Assembly (NCBI RefSeq): GCF_018977255.1
Contig: NW_024704742.1
Coordinates: 115,694,001 to 115,758,000, forward strand
Direction: 5' to 3'
Origin: Callorhinchus milii
Taxonomy: Eukaryota
Length of the DNA stretch: 64,000 nucleotides
The position numbers and the translations under genes are program-made. Positions 38,905 through 52,384 of the stretch are shown in pieces. Below the pieces are notes generated by a model. It had not been told where the DNA came from. It searched no databases and worked only from the letters and a program-made list of their open reading frames with translations. Position 1 is the stretch's first letter. The number at the start of each line of letters is the position of its first letter.

Positions 38905-39210
38905 GTTCTTCGGATGAGATGTTAAACTGAGGTCCCATCTGCCTGTTCAAGTGAACATTAAAGATCCCATGGTACTATTCGAAAAGGGAGGGGAGTTTTT
39001 CCTGGTGTCCTGGCCAACAATCCCCCAAATAAAATTGGTTACGCTCTCCATGGCTGTTTGTGTGACATCACTGTGCGCAAACTGGTTACCATTATTCACC
39101 CTCAAAATACAAGGTTAATCCACTTTACAGATTATCCTGTGAAGCACTTTGAGACATCTCTATGACGTGATCAGGCACGATACCAAATGCAAGGATTATT
39201 GTTATTATAG
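38905..39210 (+). mobile_element. Deu-domain SINE core and tail
   Basis: cggatgagatgttaaactgaggtcccatctgcc...aaagatcccatgg core. Confidence 0.7.
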
Positions 39211-39814
39211 TTTTCATATACATTCGGCTTACCATTAATGCAAGCATTTCTGAACACTTGGTTCTATTGAAAGCATGTAACTTTTTGCCTGTATTAGAAA
39301 GTTGAGAGTAGACTTAGTGATTTTATAAAAATGTCATGGAATTTGCAACCATTAATAATAATAATCCTTGCATTTGATGTAGTGCCTTATCATGTCATTG
39401 AGACCTCTCAAAGTGCTGCACAGAATATATTGTAAAGTGAATTTTAAAATCTAAATTTAATTTTAAAGTCCAGTTGAAGTGCTCGGGTAACGTTCTCAAA
39501 ACATGTGAGCAAAAAATTGAGAAATTATATGAATCTTGAAATGAAATAATTCTACTTGTGATCTACTTTTGTCCTATTTTTCCTTAAATTAGAATTCTTG
39601 CTTTTAGAATAATAACACTGTGATGTACCATCTGACTAACTTTTCAGTATTGCTCTCTATCCACAACTGACATTTTCATGTACGTAGGCTAAGCTGACTG
39701 CAGCAATCTGTTTCCATGTTAATTATTCTATTTCTCAGGCAGTGTGTGATACAGTGAATAGATGCAACAAGCTTGCATTTATCACTTAGTAATGCAAAGA
39801 CCAGGAGGCAGCAC

Positions 39815-40866
39815 CAGTTAGGTTTATAAATAGATCTTCTAGCTCTGTAGTTACTTATTTTAAAAAATCAATCCTTGAGAGCTGTGGCTAAATTAAACAT
39901 GCTCATATTACATGGTACGTTTGGCAGTGAGCTGGAGGAGGTGATTTCAGGAACTCGGGAACTTGCACTTACATGGCATAAACTTAGAGTACAAATCTCT
40001 TTGGCTGCCCAGTAGACCATACAGAAACTTTTAACAAACTATTGGCATTAAATTCAGTGAAATGCATCAAGGTGAGCAGGCACACACAACTGAAGTACAG
40101 TAATTTGATTGCGCTTGTTTTGACCTAATTCAAAGTAACATGGAGCAGTAAGTAGAAATAGTCATTCCTTCCTCATTGCTATGCTACCAATAAAAAAGCA
40201 GTTTTGCTCCTGGTAGTATAAAGTCAACATGAAAATGATATGCTTTCTTAACATCAAAAAGTTCATGTGTAGAACTGCGTGGATTTGGAAAGTGATAATC
40301 TCCATCCTGAACATTGGTGCCCTTTTGTTCAAAAATAGAGTTGATCTCTCACAACATTTTATAGAGCAGTGCCTATATGGCTGATAATACCTCTGAATTG
40401 ATAGTGGTGCAGTGTAATCTTAAAATCCATTAATCTAGACCACATAATTGAGGTCACAAGAATAGAAAACAAAACAGGATTGTGTTGCCCCGAGTGAATC
40501 TGTGAAACAAAGATACCTTTGAATTGGACATTGTTTTTTGTATTGCTGATAGGTTGGTTTCCACAATGTGAAAGGTTATGATGAGGCTATGCAGGAGATG
40601 GGTCTGAACCTTTTTTGTGGTTAATTTATCATCTTTGTCAAGTAGATATCAGTTAGGTCTATAAATAGATCTTCTAGCTCTGTAGTTACTTTTTTAAAAA
40701 AATCAATCCTTGAGAGCTGTGGCTAAATTAAACATGCTCATATTACATGGTACGTTTGGCAGTGAGCTGGAGGAGGTGATTTCAGGAACTCGGGAACTTG
40801 CACTTACATGGCATAAACTTAAGAGTACAAATCTCTTTGGCTGCCCAGTAGACCATACAGAAACTT
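39815..40866 (+). repeat. Near-identical direct duplication of about 216 bp (39815-40030 and 40650-40866)
   Basis: Direct comparison shows only a handful of differences. Confidence 0.92.
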
Positions 40867-40973
40867 GGGGTTTCTTGGGGTTGTCTGAAAATTTCTAAAT
40901 TCTATACGAAAATCTAAACAAAAATTCTAAACAAAAATCTAATTTTTAAAATCATGTTTTCTACTCACTAATA

Positions 40974-41143
40974 CAGGAAACTCCTGATAACTCCTCACTC
41001 TGAGCGAAAAGGGCTCAATGATGAGTTATCCAGAGTGGTGAGTTAGGCATATGTATAATAAATACATAAATGCGGCCAGGATATTGACAGCGTGATGGTA
41101 GTGAGAAGTTAAGCCAGGATTGAGTTATCAGGAATTTACAATG
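40974..41143. mobile_element. Second copy of the Tigger-type MITE
   Basis: TA-CAGGAAACTCCTGATAACTC ... GAGTTATCAGGAATTTAC; interior similar to the 38717 copy. Confidence 0.7.
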
Positions 41144-42267
41144 TAGATACATTAATTACTAAAGATTGCAGTGAATTATCAGCGTCAATAACATTATTCA
41201 ATCAATATTGACAATGTTCTGACTTCCATTCCTGTTCTAATTTGGATTTAGCGAATTGTAAATGTGACAATTCATGGACCATATGTTGGCTTTTGCTAAC
41301 AATTTTGCAATGAACTAGGAATAATACATTTTGTAAATAGGATTTTCAGATTAAAGTTCTCAATGATGACATCGAATGGGTTTGAATGAGCCTCACAAAT
41401 GACACTTTTGTTTATATTAAATATTTTAGTTTTCCCTTCATTTGACATTTTTACATATTTAACTTTTTACTGTCAGTGTTTGCCTTGAAATGTGGAAAAA
41501 TGCTGGTAAATTATGATGTGATCCACCATAAAAATAGTCATGCGAATAGTGGTATTAACTGTTTCAAATTTTAAAATTGCTGCTCTCCATCACTGATGTG
41601 TGAATAGTTTGAAGTAGATGTTAAATTGACAGCATATACTGCATTCCATGTATAAAGATGATATGGGATACATTACACAGGCCATAATAACCACAAAATG
41701 CTAATTTTGCTAGAATGTTCATATATAAGGATGAAGGATGCTTGTTCAGGCTTAACAGCTGTGTTTCTTTCAGCTGCATTTTGAGCCTTGCACATCTAAC
41801 ATTCAGCTTTGACAATAGCCATTTTTTTAAAAAAAAAGTGTATATATGTTTTGAAAATGTTCCAAATGCCTTGAGAAACTGATATTTACCCAATGGGTGA
41901 AAATTACTTAATAGAATTAGTATTTATCCAAAGGGTAAAAATTGTCTTAAGGGACAGATAGGTTTGCTTGCATTATTCAGTTGTTCTGCCTGTTAAATGA
42001 ACACTTAATTCAGTGGACCTTGATTCTTATTTTGTTTTATGTTCAAACATTGGCTCACATGTTGTGTGGACTACATAATTCAAAATTATAATTCATAGCC
42101 ACAATCGGTGATTCCAGAAATTAATATATTTTGCGCCATGTGCAAGCGCTCTGAGACGCTGCCCTGCATGAGGGGCACTATATAAATGCAAGCTCTTGTT
42201 GTTGAACATGATTGTGATGAACCATCTTGTTTGGTGTTTTCTAAATTTATTATTTTCCTTCTATTAG

Positions 42268-42401
42268 GGAGCCTTTGGTGCTCTTCAGAAGATTTGTGAA
42301 GACTCTGCAGAGATATTGGACAGTGACATCTTAGATAGACCTCTCGATGTTATGATTCCTAAATTTCTGCAGTTTTTTAAACACAGCAGTTCGAAGATAA
42401 G
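42268..42401 (+). CDS. TNPO1: TNPO1 coding exon 5 ([15 protein letters not shown]...KHSSSKIR)
   Basis: tag acceptor, GC donor (AG|gcaagt), 134 nt. Confidence 0.95.
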
Positions 42402-43726
42402 GCAAGTTGACTTTGATTCTTTGCTATGTATTATTCACTTTTTGACAATTTTTTATGCAAAGTGACCCTCACAGATACAACACTAATTTCTACTTCTTAA
42501 TTTCATAAACTCATAATTCTCTTACAATTAAAATTTAATTGCCAGCTTCAATCTTCTCTCACACTAGGAGATCCTATCCTATTTTTAATTTGTCCATGGT
42601 CCAGAGATCGTTATCGTATCATACATGTAATGTTGTGCAGTTTGATAAACATGGATAAAAAAAATCTAGTAAAAATTCAACCATTTTAAAGCAACATATC
42701 TGGTGGTTATCTTGCAGATTTGCTTCTTTGTAAATAGCGTAAATCCTGTGGAATTCAGTAACACACGATCTGTTCAATTACTTGGATCTTTGATTGTTTT
42801 TTCTTGGAAGAAAGAATAAAACTACAGGAAATGAATGTTAACATAAACTGATATCCTGAATATTCTTTTATGAAGCAAACATTCTGTAGTCTCATGGATT
42901 ATGTTCAGTTGCCATTCAGGCCTTGGAAGTCCAGTAGTTAATGCCCTTGAGCTCCTCAAATTTTTGTGTTGCAATAACTAAGCAAATTTGGCTCATAAAT
43001 CCTAGTGAAGGAGCTTCTGTAAGCATTGTAACAGTGACACCCTACAACCATGGTGCACATCAATGGAGTTGTGTTATGATAAATCAAAGTTGTCCTATAT
43101 TTGCTGCCAATGGGATTGAAAGATCAAACCAGTATTGTAAATGTTGGAGCTTCCTCTAGTGGCAGAAATTCAGTACTGTGACAAAATTCCACAAGTTCTG
43201 TGGAATTCCACAGTTCTGCAGTTATATTGTGTGCTCTCTGATTCTAAGTCACCCAACTTCAAACTTTTTTTTAAAACAAATTGCCATGGGAAGAAAATTA
43301 ATTGGAAGGCAATTTGTTTTTTTTAAAATCTCCTGATCGCTGGCCTCTTCATGCTGGGATATGGTTCCGTGGGCGCTGGTTACCATCGAGCCAGGTTGGC
43401 TGGTCTGTCATGAGCAGCTGCCATGGAGTACTGCAGACCCAGCTGGCTCAGAAACAGGACTACCACAGAGGGTTGACTTGATTCTGACATTCTGTTGCCA
43501 AGCATGTCACCTTGGAGCCAGCTCAGCTTCAAGGAGGCCATATTTACCTCCTCCTTCCCCTTCAATTTAAGATTTTGTAACAGCAAATTTACAGATGTAA
43601 CCAGTGAAATCAACGCTCCTATCCTGCATGAAGGATGCTATATAAGTGTTATTTGCTGTAGACCAAGCATATTAATTTAAATGTATTGATAAGTTATCTT
43701 CTAATACAATGTGTTACTGCTTTTAG
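42402..43726 (+). other. GC-AG intron
   Basis: AG|GCAAGT is the donor that keeps the frame into exon 6. Confidence 0.88.
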
Positions 43727-43808
43727 GTCCCATGCTGTTGCCTGTGTGAATCAGTTTATCATCAGTCGAACTCATGCCTTGATGTTGCATATTGATTCTT
43801 TCATTGAG
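43727..43808 (+). CDS. TNPO1: TNPO1 coding exon 6 ([27 protein letters not shown])
   Basis: tag/gtatgt, 82 nt. Confidence 0.97.
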
Positions 43809-44398
43809 GTATGTCTACTATGTGGATTCACTGAATTTTGATAGTTAAGGGAACCTGGCCACTTAAACCACTGAAAATGAAACTTATTCCCAAGTTTTTA
43901 TTTTGAATTTTTGTCACAACTTCTGTTTTTGTTTGTCCGTTTTAATATTTCAAAGCAATGAGCCCTAATGTTCTGTATGGGTACTGGCTTGGAAATCTGT
44001 TAATGTTTGATATCTGTTGATAGTTAAGAAACCAAGATGCTTCAGCTTTGTGTGATGTCCTTATTTTGTGATTTTTTAAATATTATTTGCTCTAGTGTGG
44101 TGTAGTATAAAGGATAATTAGCTTTTGCTAGAGGAAGAAATGTAAATGTTGGAGATCTGAAGTGAAAACTCCAAATGCTAGAAGTAGTCTAAACATCTGA
44201 ACGAGAAGGATGGGATCATGTTTTGCATGTGACCTTTCATTTGACTTAAGTCTCTGCATTATCTGTTTTAACTTTTGGTTCATTTTAACAATTAAAATAT
44301 AGTGTTAAAATTACAAAAATGAAAGCAGGTGTATGTTGGAAAATCCATATTTGATCTTGTGATATGTATTTGTTTAAAATGTTGCATGTCGTTTTCAG

Positions 44399-44521
44399 AA
44401 TCTATTTGCACTGGCTGGAGATGAAGAATCGGAAGTTCGAAAAAATGTATGTCGTGCCCTTGTCATGCTGCTTGAAGTCCGAATGGATCGTTTGCTTCCT
44501 CATATGCGCAACATTATTGAA
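44399..44521 (+). CDS. TNPO1: TNPO1 coding exon 7 ([21 protein letters not shown]...RNIIE)
   Basis: cag/gtgagt, 123 nt. Confidence 0.97.
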
Positions 44522-45137
44522 GTGAGTCTTTTTCAGATGTTTTGAAACTTCTTTTCTCTTTGTTTCTCCGTACTCCATAATTTGCATTTTAAATCCTGGT
44601 GACCTTGACAAAATTATCTGTGTGTGTGTGTATATATGTATATAATATATGTATTATATATAATATATATATAATACATGTATTATATATAATATATGTA
44701 TATTTCCCCCTTTTTGAAGCATTTTGACTCCCTCCCCAACAAGTGGAAAGAAACCTATTGACTTCAACCTCAATTGAATCCCTTCATAATCTTAAAACAC
44801 GTCTATCAAGTCCCATCTCAATTATCTCATCTCCAGAGGAAAGCGCTTTAAGCCGTTCAAATCTTTCTTGATAATTTTCATCCACTCATCCTGGCAACAT
44901 CCTAATAAACCTACACTGTACTCCAATGCTACAATATCCTTCCTGTTGTATAGTGACCAGAACTGTACACAGTACTCCAGATAGGGGAAGTGGAAGCAAA
45001 AGATTATTCAAAAAAATTCATCATGATGGAACTTGATGGACTTGAAGGGTAAGCTTCGATGGGCTGAATGGCCCTTCCATCACCTGAGATTTTCTCATGT
45101 TATGATTTTTAAGCTTTATTTATTTATTCAATTGTAG

Positions 45138-45255
45138 TACATGCTGCAGAGAACACAGGATCAAGATGAAAATGTGCATTGGAAGCTTGTGAATTCTGGC
45201 TAACATTAGCTGAACAGCCCATATGCAAAGAAGTGCTTTCTGGACACCTAACACT
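45138..45255 (+). CDS. TNPO1: TNPO1 coding exon 8 (YMLQRTQDQDENV/ALEACEFWLTLAEQPICKEVLSGHLT) with a 1-nt deletion near 45175-45176
   Basis: tag/gtaagt; 118 nt where 119 is needed; TNPO1 sequence resumes in the shifted frame. Confidence 0.93.
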
Positions 45256-45429
45256 GTAAGTAATGACTCATTGAGGACTATAAGCAGAACAAGATAAACA
45301 AAAATCTTTTCATTGTTCTAATGTCTAATATATATATGTCTGAAACCTGTTTCTTAGAGTTTTTGTGAACACTAATTTGTAAAAAAAACAAAAAGGCTTT
45401 AATCCTAATGTTAGAAATCTCCAAGGTGA

Positions 45430-45915
45430 ATTGTAGCACCTTTCACGTCAGGTTGATGTCTGAAGACGCTGGACAGTCAGGAATCTGCACTCGAACTGGT
45501 GGTTGGGATCAGGAGGAGAGGAGGGCGGGTAGGTGTAGGAGGGTGACTGAAGACGCGGTCGAAGAGGAGTGTCTTGATACTGGTCTTGAAGGAGGGAAAG
45601 GGCAAGGCGGAGGGTCTGTGGGATGGAGTTCCAGAGGGAGGGGCCATAGAGGAGCCCGCTGAGCGGAGAGCGGGCAGGTTGGTTAGGGGTTAGGAGGTCA
45701 TAGGGGTAGGGGGGAGCAAGACGGTGGAGGGCTTTGAAGGTGAGGATCAGGATCTTTGAATGATGGAGAGTCAGTGGAGCTGGAGCAGGATGGGTGTGAT
45801 ACAGTCACGGAGTCTGGTGTGGGAGAGGACACCGGCTGCAATGTTCTGGATGATCTGCAGCCTGTGGAGGGAGGAGTTGGGGAGGCCGACAAGCAAGGAG
45901 TTTGCGTAGTCGAGC
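45430..45915 (-). mobile_element. L2 3' fragment
   Basis: LDYANSLLVGLPNSSLHRLQIIQN motif. Confidence 0.8.
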
Positions 45916-46037
45916 AAAACTAATAGCAGAACAAACTGCTTCAAGGTGCATATGGTTGCTCTGACATCAGAAAATGTAATCATACTGAACTCTGTACACT
46001 GAAAGACTTGTTTTCATACCGTTTGTCTTAATTTCAG

Positions 46038-46098
46038 GTTAGTACCTGTTCTTGTGAATGGGATGAAATACTCAGAAATTGATATTATTCTGCTTAAG
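46038..46098 (+). CDS. TNPO1: TNPO1 coding exon 9 (LVPVLVNGMKYSEIDIILLK)
   Basis: cag/gtgagt, 61 nt. Confidence 0.97.
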
Positions 46099-46203
46099 GT
46101 GAGTTAAATTTTTTATGATCTTCTATTTTTTTTTACTTACTTGTCTGAGTGCAAAATGGTCAGTTTCAAAACGTGAATAACGAAACACAATTTGTTTTGT
46201 CAG

Positions 46204-46372
46204 GGAGATGTTGAGGAGGATGAAGCTGTTCCTGATAATGAGCAAGACATCAAGCCCCGTTTTCACCGATCCCGAACTGTCGCGCAACAGCATGAAGAGG
46301 ATGGAATTGGTGAAGAGGACGATGATGATGATGACCTTGATGATGATGATACAATTTCTGACTGGAATTTAA
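46204..46372 (+). CDS. TNPO1: TNPO1 coding exon 10, acidic HEAT-8 loop ([24 protein letters not shown]...[10 protein letters not shown])
   Basis: cag/gtgcgt, 169 nt. Confidence 0.97.
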
Positions 46373-47118
46373 GTGCGTTTAATGTGGGATCACTTCTGCG
46401 GCTTATTGTCCTTCTTCTATTGCCAAGCTTTCATTGAAATGTTTACCCGATTTTAGTTTAGGAAGTTTATTCGGTGTTTCATTGAGAAGCTTAGCTTTGA
46501 GTTAAGTAAGTCGCTGAGCCTTACTGACCATCCAAGATTCAATTCCCCTTCCGTGGAAATGTAACTGTCGGCTGGAGAAACAGTAAGCTTGTATTATTGG
46601 CCTCAGCATCCATTTTTAGAGAGGTTCTTGCTCCTACTGCCATCTATTGTCTAGGCTGTTAAAGCACTGCCACTTTTACTGTTGAGGCAAATGCATGATG
46701 GATGTTTTGGGGGTAAGGTCATCAGAGAATGTGCAGTGCCCACAGAACTGTAGCCAAGTGAAAGAAAAAAGCAATCTATGACCTTAAGAATTGGAGACAA
46801 ATATCTAAAATGTTGTTGTGGTTTGAACATAGTTATTCCATGATCCTTTAAAATGAAACTTGAGGCATAGGGATAATTAAGCAATGAGTGAAAGCCATAT
46901 GATTGTTCTGAAAATTTATAATCTCCAACTTAATTTTCTATGTTTGAATCCATTTTGTATCCTTTTAGTTTAAAATAGCTATATCTACCTTAACTGCCTT
47001 TCCACAGCTTAAAGAGAGATATCAGTGTTTTCCCTCAATCTCTCCAAAGAAAAAATCAGCACTTCATAACCTGTACGTAAAGAAGAGAAATGTAACACTG
47101 ATTTACTATGTCCTTTAG

Positions 47119-47271
47119 GGAAGTGTTCTGCTGCTGCACTGGATGTACTAGCTAATGTTTTCCGGGAGGAATTGTTGCCGCACATTTTACCGCTGCTGAA
47201 GGAGCTGCTTTTTCACCCAGACTGGGTGGTGAAAGAATCTGGAATTTTAGTTCTTGGAGCTATTGCAGAAG
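47119..47271 (+). CDS. TNPO1: TNPO1 coding exon 11 ([15 protein letters not shown]...LGAIAE)
   Basis: tag/gttggt, 153 nt. Confidence 0.97.
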
Positions 47272-48588
47272 GTTGGTTGAAATTTAAGTCACTTTGAGAA
47301 AGTTGTTAAGAGGTTGCTTCTTGCTGATCTTATAAGTGTGGGGAAAATGCATTCAGTGTTTACTGTTGCAGAGATGTTGAATTAAGGTGTTTCCCCACAG
47401 CTGTGGGGAATTGGATAGTGACTCAACCTGGGTATTTTTTGCACCTTCTGTCCCACTTTGAGAAGCTTATACAACAACAACAAAATTACATTTGTATAGA
47501 GCCTTTCACGTTGGGAGGACGTCTCAAGGCACTGGAGGTCAATAAGTAGGTCTTCTGTTTGCCTTCTCAAGAAACAAATTAACAACTAACAGCTTCATTG
47601 TCGAGACTTACAGTGTAGTCTTGTTGCAACACACTTCACTATAAAGCAAATTTGCTTTTAATGCAGTTGCTCTGCAGACTCATTTCACTGTTCACAAAAC
47701 CAGACAGCTCAGTTGTTTTCTGCATGCTGGCTCACTTTTCACACTACTGTCTCTGATTTCTGGATCCTTAGGTCACCTCAGACTTCATTTTCTGCACAAG
47801 TGCAAAGCAGGAAGCAACATGGAGGCAGCCATTTTAGTTCATCTGTGTCACCGATAACACTTCCTGTTTTGTGCATGTGCAGTAACTGATGTTGGCAGGG
47901 ACCTGATGAACCAGAAGTTGCCTATTTTTTGTACTGGGAGAACCAGTCACTGCGCAGGAGGCAGGTTAGCTAGTTGTGTACATGAGAGGTAAAATGTACT
48001 GTTGGACCACTCTAATGTGAGTTGGGATTTTATGGATTCCATCCCATGTTAAATCTACGCAGCACTGTGAATTGTGTTTTATATTGTTTCGATCACTGAT
48101 TTCTAACATGATTTCTTTTCCTTCCAACTTTTAAACATTAGATTAGAAATCATTATTGGAACATTTTTCATGTAACCTGATAGTTAATCCATCAATTTAC
48201 TATACCATGGCTGAAGACATGGTATTTTATCATAACTTTATGATCTCATCTGGCCTGTTCATTGGGTTCCGAAGCAAAGCGCAACTTCTCCCTCGACAAA
48301 TAGATGGCAAACTCATTCCTCTTCAAATGTGTTCCACTTAAACTACCTTATGGTGGTCAGAGGTTTGTTAACAGGTCAGGGAGAACTACACATATTTTCC
48401 ATGCTGGGGGGAAGGAGGCAAAAGAAAATCAATAAATTATTTTTTTAATTTAAATTTAAAATATTGATTTTTTTTGAGTGGAAACAGCCACGAGAGACAA
48501 CAATTGTTGATCGACCAGAAAAGTAGCACTATTTCATTTCTTTTTATAACTTTCCAGGGATTAATATTTTTAAACTTTCATTCTCCAG

Positions 48589-48814
48589 GTTGTATGCAAG
48601 GTATGATCCCTTACCTGCCAGAGCTCATCCCTCACCTTATTCAGTGCCTCTCTGACAAGAAGGCTCTTGTGCGTTCCATCACCTGTTGGACCCTCAGCCG
48701 CTATGCACATTGGGTAGTAAGTCAGCCCCCAGACACCTATCTGAAGCCATTAATGACTGAACTTCTTAAACGCATCTTGGACAGCAATAAGAGAGTGCAA
48801 GAGGCTGCGTGCAG
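48589..48814 (+). CDS. TNPO1: TNPO1 coding exon 12 ([17 protein letters not shown]...VQEAAC)
   Basis: cag/gtttgt, 226 nt. Confidence 0.97.
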
Positions 48815-50335
48815 GTTTGTATTAATGGGTATCAGTATTAATCCTTTATAATGTTGGTTTGAAGGTATGGTGGAGTTAATCACTCTGCTGCAGCCTGGGA
48901 CAAAGTTGTGGTCAGAAAACACCATTTATTCTGTTCTTTAAAATTTTATATTAGGAACCCGTGAACAGAGGAACAGGCAATAACATTACAACTGGAAATA
49001 ACATTACAATTTTACTTAATATTTCACAAAACATAGGTTCATTCATTCAGTCAGTGAAAAATTAATTCTGTGCAAAAAGACTTGATGTGTGGTGGTCTTA
49101 GCTTTATCAGGTAGACTGAGAAGGTCAGAGGATTATTCTATTGAGTGTTGGATAACTAAAAGGTTTCTTTTATAAAATCACTCATCACACCAGGACTTTT
49201 GCACAACAGAAAAATGACATCTGAATTTAAAAAAATTCCATAAACCTGTACAATCTTAAATTTTAAGTCAGTTACAATGCCGTTTACATTTTTATGGTGC
49301 CTTTCTTATTGGTGGAAGTCCCAAAGCGCATTCACAGTGCTGAATATGCACCCTGGTTGAGGTGGGGGCGGGAAAGATGATTGAAAGCTCGGTCAAAAAG
49401 TATATTTATTATATTTATCATATATATATATATATATATATACCTTGAAATGAGTCAGAGAGACTCTTGGATGGGTTCCAGAGAGCAAAGGAAGAATGCC
49501 TGAATGCCCGCCTACTGATGGTGAAACAGATAGGGCAGAGGACATGAAGCAAGCTGGTGCTTGCTGAATGAAACAACCAGGTCAATAGAGTTGAAGGAGG
49601 TTGCACAGGTAAGGTGGGGCAAGAGCATGGAGGGATTTAAAGGTGAGACCTAGGACCTTGAACTTAATCTATTGGGAGGACAGCAACAACGCAGCGCCTA
49701 ACAATAGTAATAGGCTCATGGAGTCTAAAAACCAAATGGTTTTACAGGTATTGTTAAAGGTATTTTGTTGTTATAATTTATTTAAAATATAATGCGTTTT
49801 TCTTAAGCTGTTACCTACATTAGATTTGATTTTACTAGAATGCTCATGTTCTAGAGCATTTTTTGTAGAAGAAATGAATGTCTAGTGAGTGATAGGACGG
49901 GGTCAGTCAGTCTAATTCTCAACTCTGAAATGTGCATTTAATAACGTGACATTTAATGTTGAACAAATGACCTATATGTAGGAAATTCTAAAATATCTAC
50001 AACAACAACAAAATTACATTTGTATTGAGCCTTTCACTTCGGGAGAACGTCCCAAGGCGCTGGACAATTCGTGTTTCGGACCATACTCAGTAGATATGCT
50101 CTGCTCTGGCTTGTGTGATTGAAGAAATCTGTTTTTTATAAACATATTGATTTCAATAATTGCATTTTCAATATGCTTCACACTTGAGCAGTGCGTTCCA
50201 CATAGCATCCATCAGTGTAAGAAGTGCCATGTCACCAAATTTGAGAAAATCTGGGTGACAGAGTGTTCCAGTGTTTTGTACAGTTGATATGCTCATGGTG
50301 AAATAATAACTTTTCAGTTCCTTGATTTCTAAGTA

Positions 50336-51924
50336 CAGTAGAACCTCACTAATCAGGTCACTCAAGTGACTGGGCAAAAGTGACCTACTTAGTGAGGTGA
50401 CCTGATTACTGAAACAGGTCAGGTAATTCAGGTCACTGGTGTAATGTTAAGGGCATTGGTAATGAGTAAGGGTGATGAACATTCAACAACTATATTTTCC
50501 AATCTCATTAAAATAAAGGCGTTGTCACATTTAAAACAGATCTTGGGGTTTAATATTTAAAGTTCACAAGAGAAGTTAAAATCACACAAATATTCATTTT
50601 GTGAAGAGAGTCCAGTGTTGTTTGCCTGGCTGCTGATTTAACCTGCACTGCCTTGGCCAGTAGCTGACCCTCAGCATGAGCCAAAGTTTGCCACACGTCG
50701 AGTCCATGATCAAGGCAAAAGTCCTTCACTTGTCGCAACAAGCCCAGTGCATCAGCATAAGGATTCTTTGATGTTGTCGGTTGTTCTTCCTGTTCCTTCT
50801 CCTGTGTATTCTGTTCCTTAGTGTTCCTGGTAGAAACTCCTCCATTAGACGCTCCTCCCATCCCTCATTTAAGTCCTCGGTGGTGGATACATCACTGTCG
50901 ATGGTTGCGTACTCCTCGGCACTGAGGATAGGGGTGTTTCGTGACAGGCACTGACTGGCCTGAGACAACAACTGGGCATCATCATCAGGGTCCTCCTCCA
51001 GAGGCTCATCCACACTAAAGCAGGCCTTGGCAAAGTACTTCTGCACTATTGATCGACACACCGTGCTGACTGCTGAATTGATCCAGGTGACTGCATGAAG
51101 ATCATTGATGGATTTGAGCACTTGTGAAGCCTGCACAAGTTTGGCCATTTCTCCAAGAACCTCCTCCTGTAGTGCATCTTGACATTCTGGATGATGCCCT
51201 GGTCAAGGGGCTGGAGAATGGATGTGGTGTTAGCTGGGAAAAACACTAACTTGGTTAGAGTAGAAATGCTGTGAGGGTGCGCTGGGGCATTGCCCAGAAA
51301 CAGCAGCACATGCCTGCTCTGTGGTTGCTTTCTATTGAAGGTCTGAAGCCATTCTGTAAAAATAGCATTGGTCATCCATGCCTTTTTGTTGCTGTACCAC
51401 GTGATGGGAAGCTGAGTCTTTATGTTCCAATTCCTAAAGGCATGGGGCTTGGCAGGCTTCACAATCACAGCTGTCCTTTCAAAATCTCCCTCAACGTTGA
51501 TTGTCAAAGACATGGTGATGCAGTCTTTTAATTTTTTCCCACCAGTGTAACCATCACCACAAACTAAAAGGCCCCTGTCAGGGAGAGCCCTGAAAACAAC
51601 ATCAGATTCATCCATGTTAAATTTGTCCTTAGGTGCATAGCCATCTGTAATCTCAGGGAGTTTCTCCTTCCGGTTGTCAACAATAGCAGACTCAATATCA
51701 CCCTTTTCCCCAGACACAATTGCAGACCCAATGTTGTGTCTGGACTTGAAACGGCCAAACAAGCCATTTGCTGCCTTGAAACCAATCTTGCCAAGTGATG
51801 CTGCAAAGCTGAGTACTTTCTCCTGTATCATAAGGCCAGACACAGGCATGTTGAGACCACAGGCATGCTGGAACCACTCCCATATCAGTTTATCATTGTC
51901 ATCATACTGAGAGTTCAAATACAA
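50336..51924 (-). mobile_element. Tigger/pogo DNA transposon (CENP-B HTH + DDE_1), degraded
   Basis: LIWEWFQ...PVSGLMIQEK, FNMDES, KKAWMT and FFPANTTSILQPLDQGII motifs; TA-CAGTAGAACCTC terminus with subterminal inverted repeats. Confidence 0.92.
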
Positions 51925-52384
51925 ACATTTTCTATCAGGTTGGGGGTGGGTTTGATGGTGGTTTTTGTGGGTGAGTTTATTGGTGGTTTATGTGGGTATT
52001 TCTGAGGAAGTACTTCTGTCAGCCAGCGATTATAAATAGAATGTGTGCTATCAACCGCAGTGGTTGTTTCCCTGCTGCTGATAAATTTAAGTTGTTACAG
52101 GTAAGCAGTGTTTTGCAAATGGCAATCTGCAAATTTTCACAATCATTGGGGAAAATATATTTCTGTCCACTGCATGTAGAAAGCCCTTGTTATACTTATA
52201 AACTTCTATTTCTACCTAGTAAGATATCTATAGGTGACTCAGCTCCCCTTATTCAGCACCTTGGGACATCCTCCCGACATGAAAGGCACTATACAAATGT
52301 AATTTTGTTGTTGTTGTTGTTACTGAGTGTTACCTTGTTGCTGTAGAGATCCTATTTACCTCTCCACCAGACAGGATAATCATA

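Noticed and set aside
47690..47960. Imperfect hairpin as pre-miRNA or snoRNA
   Set aside because: Arms are loosely matched with a large spacer and no C/D or H/ACA boxes were identified; more likely an old MITE-like repeat.
51046..51924. Domesticated TIGD/CENP-B-like gene
   Set aside because: Frameshifted C-terminus, catalytic motif altered (LGNAPAH), N-terminus missing, transposon terminus present.
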